From an uncultured Thermoanaerobaculia bacterium (GTDB lineage Bacteria > Acidobacteriota > Thermoanaerobaculia > Thermoanaerobaculales > Sulfomarinibacteraceae), in the NCBI GenBank assembly GCA_964552395.1, contig CAZKGM010000015.1:2853-66852 (forward strand): a DNA stretch of 64,000 nt, given 5' to 3'. Shown in pieces: positions 61,307 through 64,000 of the stretch. Under the pieces are notes generated by a model. The model searched no databases. It had not been told where the DNA came from and worked only from the letters and a program-made list of their open reading frames with translations. Position numbers and translations under genes: made by a program. Each line of letters starts with the position of its first letter. Positions within the stretch are counted from its first letter, which is position 1.

Positions 61307-62955
61307 GCAAGTACCTCGAGTTCAACACTCCCGCCACGCCCCAGGCGAAGGACCTCAAGGCCGACCTCGGGCTCGCCAACCACGGTCTCACCCACCTCGA
61401 CCGCGTGTTCTGGAACCTCCCCACCGCGGCCCTGTACGAGGAGGCGACCTTCCGCAACGAGGCTCACATCGCCCACGGCGGCCCGCTGGTGGTCAACACC
61501 GGGAAGTGGTCGGCGAGAGCGGCTCAGGACAAGTACATCGTGCGCGAGGCATCGACCGAGGATCGGATCTGGTGGGGCGAGTACAACCGGCCGCTCGGTC
61601 CCGAGAAGTTCGACGGCCTCTTCGCGCGCGTCCAGGCGTACCTTCAGGACGAGGAGGTATTCGTCCAAGACTGCTACGCAGGCGCCCACCCCGACTACCG
61701 GATGCCGGTACGTATTATCACCGAGAAGGCATGGCAAAGCCTGTTCGCCCGCAACATGTTCATCAACATCCGCGATCGCGACGAGCTCAAGCTCCACGTT
61801 CCCGAGTTCACCGTCATCGCCGTTCCCGGCTTCAAGGCCGACCCGCGGATCGACGGCACCCGGACCGACACCGCGATCGTCATCAACTTCGCCCAGCGCC
61901 TGGCGCTGGTCTGCAACTCGTCCTACGGCGGCGAGATCAAGAAGACCATCTTTACCGTCCTCAATTTCCTGCTGCCGTTCCGAGAGGTGCTCCCCATGCA
62001 CTGCTCGGCCAACGTCGGGCAGGACGGTGACGCGGCGCTGTTCTTCGGTCTCTCGGGAACCGGCAAGACCACCCTGTCAGCCGACCCGCGGCGCAAGCTG
62101 ATCGGCGACGACGAGCACGGCTGGGCATCGGATGCGGTCTTCAACTTCGAGGGCGGCTGCTACGCTAAGGTCATCCGTCTCTCGGCCGACCACGAGCCCG
62201 AGATCTACGCCTGCACCCGGCGCTTCGGGACTATCCTGGAGAACGTCGTCCAGGACCGCACCTCCCGCCGCCTCGACCTCGACGACGACCACTTCACAGA
62301 GAACACCCGCGCCGCCTACCCGCTCGACTTCATCCCCAACGTGGTCGCCGAGGGCGTCGCCTACTCCCACCCCAAGAACGTGATCCTGCTGACCTGCGAC
62401 GCACAGGGCGTGCTGCCGCCGATCGCCCGCCTCGATCCGGACCGCGCCGTCTACCACTTCATCTCCGGCTATACGTCCAAGATCGCCGGCACCGAGATCG
62501 GCCTCGGCATCGAGCCCGAGATCACATTCTCCGCGTGCTTCGGCGCCCCGTTCATGGTCCACCACCCGTTCGAGTATGCGGACATGCTGAAGGCCCGCAT
62601 GCTCCACCACGGGGCGCGCTGCTGGCTGGTCAACACCGGCTGGGTCGGGGGACCGTTCGGGGTCGGCAAGCGGATCTCGATCCGACACACCCGCAACCTC
62701 CTGAACGCCGCCCTCGATGGACAGCTGGAAGACGTCGAGTACCGGCGGGACCGGCTGTTCGGCTTCGAGGTCCCGCTCTCCTGCCCGGATGTGCCGAGCG
62801 AGGTTCTCGATCCGTCGTCGTCGTGGGGCGACACCGACGAGTACTGGCGGCGGTACGATGGCCTGGCCGCGCGCTATATCGACAACTTCAAGCTGTTCGC
62901 CGGCGGCTGCCCGCCCGAGGTCAGCGCAGTCGGGCCAAAGAGGCTGCAGAAGTAA
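61303..62955 (+). CDS. pckA: phosphoenolpyruvate carboxykinase (ATP)
   Basis: Track ORF 60658..62955 trimmed to MSKYLEFNTPATPQAKDL (ATG 61303, GAGGGA SD). It overlaps the aminotransferase stop (ATGA). GLSGTGKTTLS P-loop, IGDDEHGW, GCYAK. Confidence 0.95.
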   Translation: MSKYLEFNTPATPQAKDLKADLGLANHGLTHLDRVFWNLPTAALYEEATFRNEAHIAHGGPLVVNTGKWSARAAQDKYIVREASTEDRIWWGEYNRPLGPEKFDGLFARVQAYLQDEEVFVQDCYAGAHPDYRMPVRIITEKAWQSLFARNMFINIRDRDELKLHVPEFTVIAVPGFKADPRIDGTRTDTAIVINFAQRLALVCNSSYGGEIKKTIFTVLNFLLPFREVLPMHCSANVGQDGDAALFFGLSGTGKTTLSADPRRKLIGDDEHGWASDAVFNFEGGCYAKVIRLSADHEPEIYACTRRFGTILENVVQDRTSRRLDLDDDHFTENTRAAYPLDFIPNVVAEGVAYSHPKNVILLTCDAQGVLPPIARLDPDRAVYHFISGYTSKIAGTEIGLGIEPEITFSACFGAPFMVHHPFEYADMLKARMLHHGARCWLVNTGWVGGPFGVGKRISIRHTRNLLNAALDGQLEDVEYRRDRLFGFEVPLSCPDVPSEVLDPSSSWGDTDEYWRRYDGLAARYIDNFKLFAGGCPPEVSAVGPKRLQK

Positions 62956-62964
62956 CTCGGCGAG

Positions 62965-63681
62965 TCATCTCTGCAGCACGAACAGGGCGGTAATCGGTGC
63001 GCGAGCGTAGAGCCCGTCGCGGTCGGCCGGGGTGAAGGTGAACTCCTCGGGAGTCGCCCGACTCGGATTTGGTGAACCGAAATCAAGCCGCGAGGACCCG
63101 GAGTAGTCGTGGCGGAAGATCTCCGCTCGCCAGCCTGCATCGTTAAACAGAGCGAGCCAGCCGTCCACGGACAAGTTTGCGCGGTGGTAGTGAATCCCCT
63201 GATGCCTAGCCAGGTCCGCGTCGCTCAGGATCGGCGGCACCGCAATGACGAGAATGCCATGCGCACCGAGCAGCTCCCCTGCCGAGTCCAGGAAGGCGCG
63301 GGGATCCTCGAGATGCTCGATGACGTTCGACGAGACAATCACATCGAAGGTCTGATCGACCTCTCCCATTTCCTCGCAGTCCACCGCCTCGAAGTGCAGG
63401 TTGGGGGCGCGGAAGTGCTTGCGCGCGTAGCGGATGCTCAGCCGGTCGACGTCGATGCCGAGGACCGAGCGGGCGCCGGCGACCGCCAGCTCGAGGCTGC
63501 CATAGCCGGTGCCACACCCGGCATCCAGCACCCGCCGGTCCGCCACGTGGCGGGCGAAAAACAGGTAGATCGACCGGTGGGCGACGAAGAGGTCGTTTCG
63601 CACTCCCGGCCACACCGACTCCCCGAAGGGGCGCAGCCCCGCGAGTAGCTTTCTGATCCCGTTCGTCAACTTCGCGAGCAT
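62965..63681 (-). CDS. class I SAM-dependent methyltransferase
   Basis: Motif I VLDAGCGTGYGS, motif II-like FDVIVSSNVIEHL. Confidence 0.8.
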   Translation of the reverse strand: MLAKLTNGIRKLLAGLRPFGESVWPGVRNDLFVAHRSIYLFFARHVADRRVLDAGCGTGYGSLELAVAGARSVLGIDVDRLSIRYARKHFRAPNLHFEAVDCEEMGEVDQTFDVIVSSNVIEHLEDPRAFLDSAGELLGAHGILVIAVPPILSDADLARHQGIHYHRANLSVDGWLALFNDAGWRAEIFRHDYSGSSRLDFGSPNPSRATPEEFTFTPADRDGLYARAPITALFVLQR

Positions 63682-63723
63682 CTTGGAGCACCTCCTGCGG
63701 CACGAGCCGGTCGACTGGAGAGC

Positions 63724-64000
63724 CTACTTCCGACGCGAGCCGAGAGCGGGCTTCCTGGCGCTTGATCGGTGCCGGATGTGCGGATACACGCCCGTGGCCC
63801 GACCGAGCTCGGCCAGTGCGGCGACCCCAAGGACCAGGAAGATCGGGTCGGTGTACGGGATGCGAAATCGCATCACAACCTGGAAGGGGGCACGAGCAAG
63901 CCAAGTCACAACGATCCATGACAGCACGATCAGGCCGGTCCCGCGATCGCGGCGCAGAAGGAGCACCAGACCGGCGCCCCCGAGAGCGAGGAAAGGCACG
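63724..64000 (-). CDS. C-terminal end of an integral membrane protein (gene continues beyond window end); possibly an ArnT/PMT-like glycosyltransferase
   Basis: Open to the window edge. Hydrophobic segments LALGGAGLVLLL, GLIVLSWIVVTWL, IFLVLGVAALAEL. The product guess is weak. Confidence 0.4.
   Translation of the reverse strand, partial: VPFLALGGAGLVLLLRRDRGTGLIVLSWIVVTWLARAPFQVVMRFRIPYTDPIFLVLGVAALAELGRATGVYPHIRHRSSARKPALGSRRK

Noticed and set aside
1-64000. Mobile genetic element, prophage, genomic island or defence system.
   Set aside because: No integrase, transposase, recombinase, phage structural gene, restriction/helicase/nuclease defence gene, tRNA attachment site or large flanking direct repeat was seen. 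The low-GC patches are short promoter-sized islands, not gene-sized blocks.

Overview
Very GC-rich bacterial chromosomal segment (by eye roughly two-thirds to 70% G+C; not computed). It is densely packed with about 45 protein-coding genes. I see no rRNA, tRNA, CRISPR array, transposase, integrase or phage genes.

The content is dominated by four themes:
- Envelope and efflux: a MacAB-like ABC efflux operon, two GT4 glycosyltransferases, a PAP2 phosphatase, and a 13.7-kb co-directional operon ordered OMF-MFP-RND-AsnB-ABC-MFP-RND.
- Metal homeostasis: an NRAMP transporter, a CDF-like transporter and an OmpR/HK pair.
- c-di-GMP and two-component signalling: a beta-propeller GGDEF cyclase, a hybrid kinase and an HD-GYP response regulator.
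- Housekeeping metabolism and repair: uvrB, pckA, pncA, fused msrB-msrA, aminotransferases and hydantoinase/oxoprolinase A/B.

Many long ORFs in the track are antisense shadow ORFs typical of high-GC DNA and were not called. Several starts were trimmed by hand.

I did not find a clear-cut novel multi-gene system such as a defence island. The observations most worth follow-up are:
1. The efflux super-operon with an amidotransferase and an ABC exporter sandwiched between two RND pumps.
2. An 8-nt TCACCTCC tandem repeat (identical to the anti-Shine-Dalgarno core) immediately upstream of the second RND gene, crossed by a small bridging ORF.
3. A family of intergenic elements with 9-nt periodicity at four loci.
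4. A bacterial aeRF1/Vms1-like release-factor homologue with a zinc ribbon, next to a TrmH-type RNA methyltransferase.
5. A phased CCAAT(A/T)T repeat array in the MocR regulator promoter.

Taxonomic guess only: a soil Acidobacteriota-like organism.
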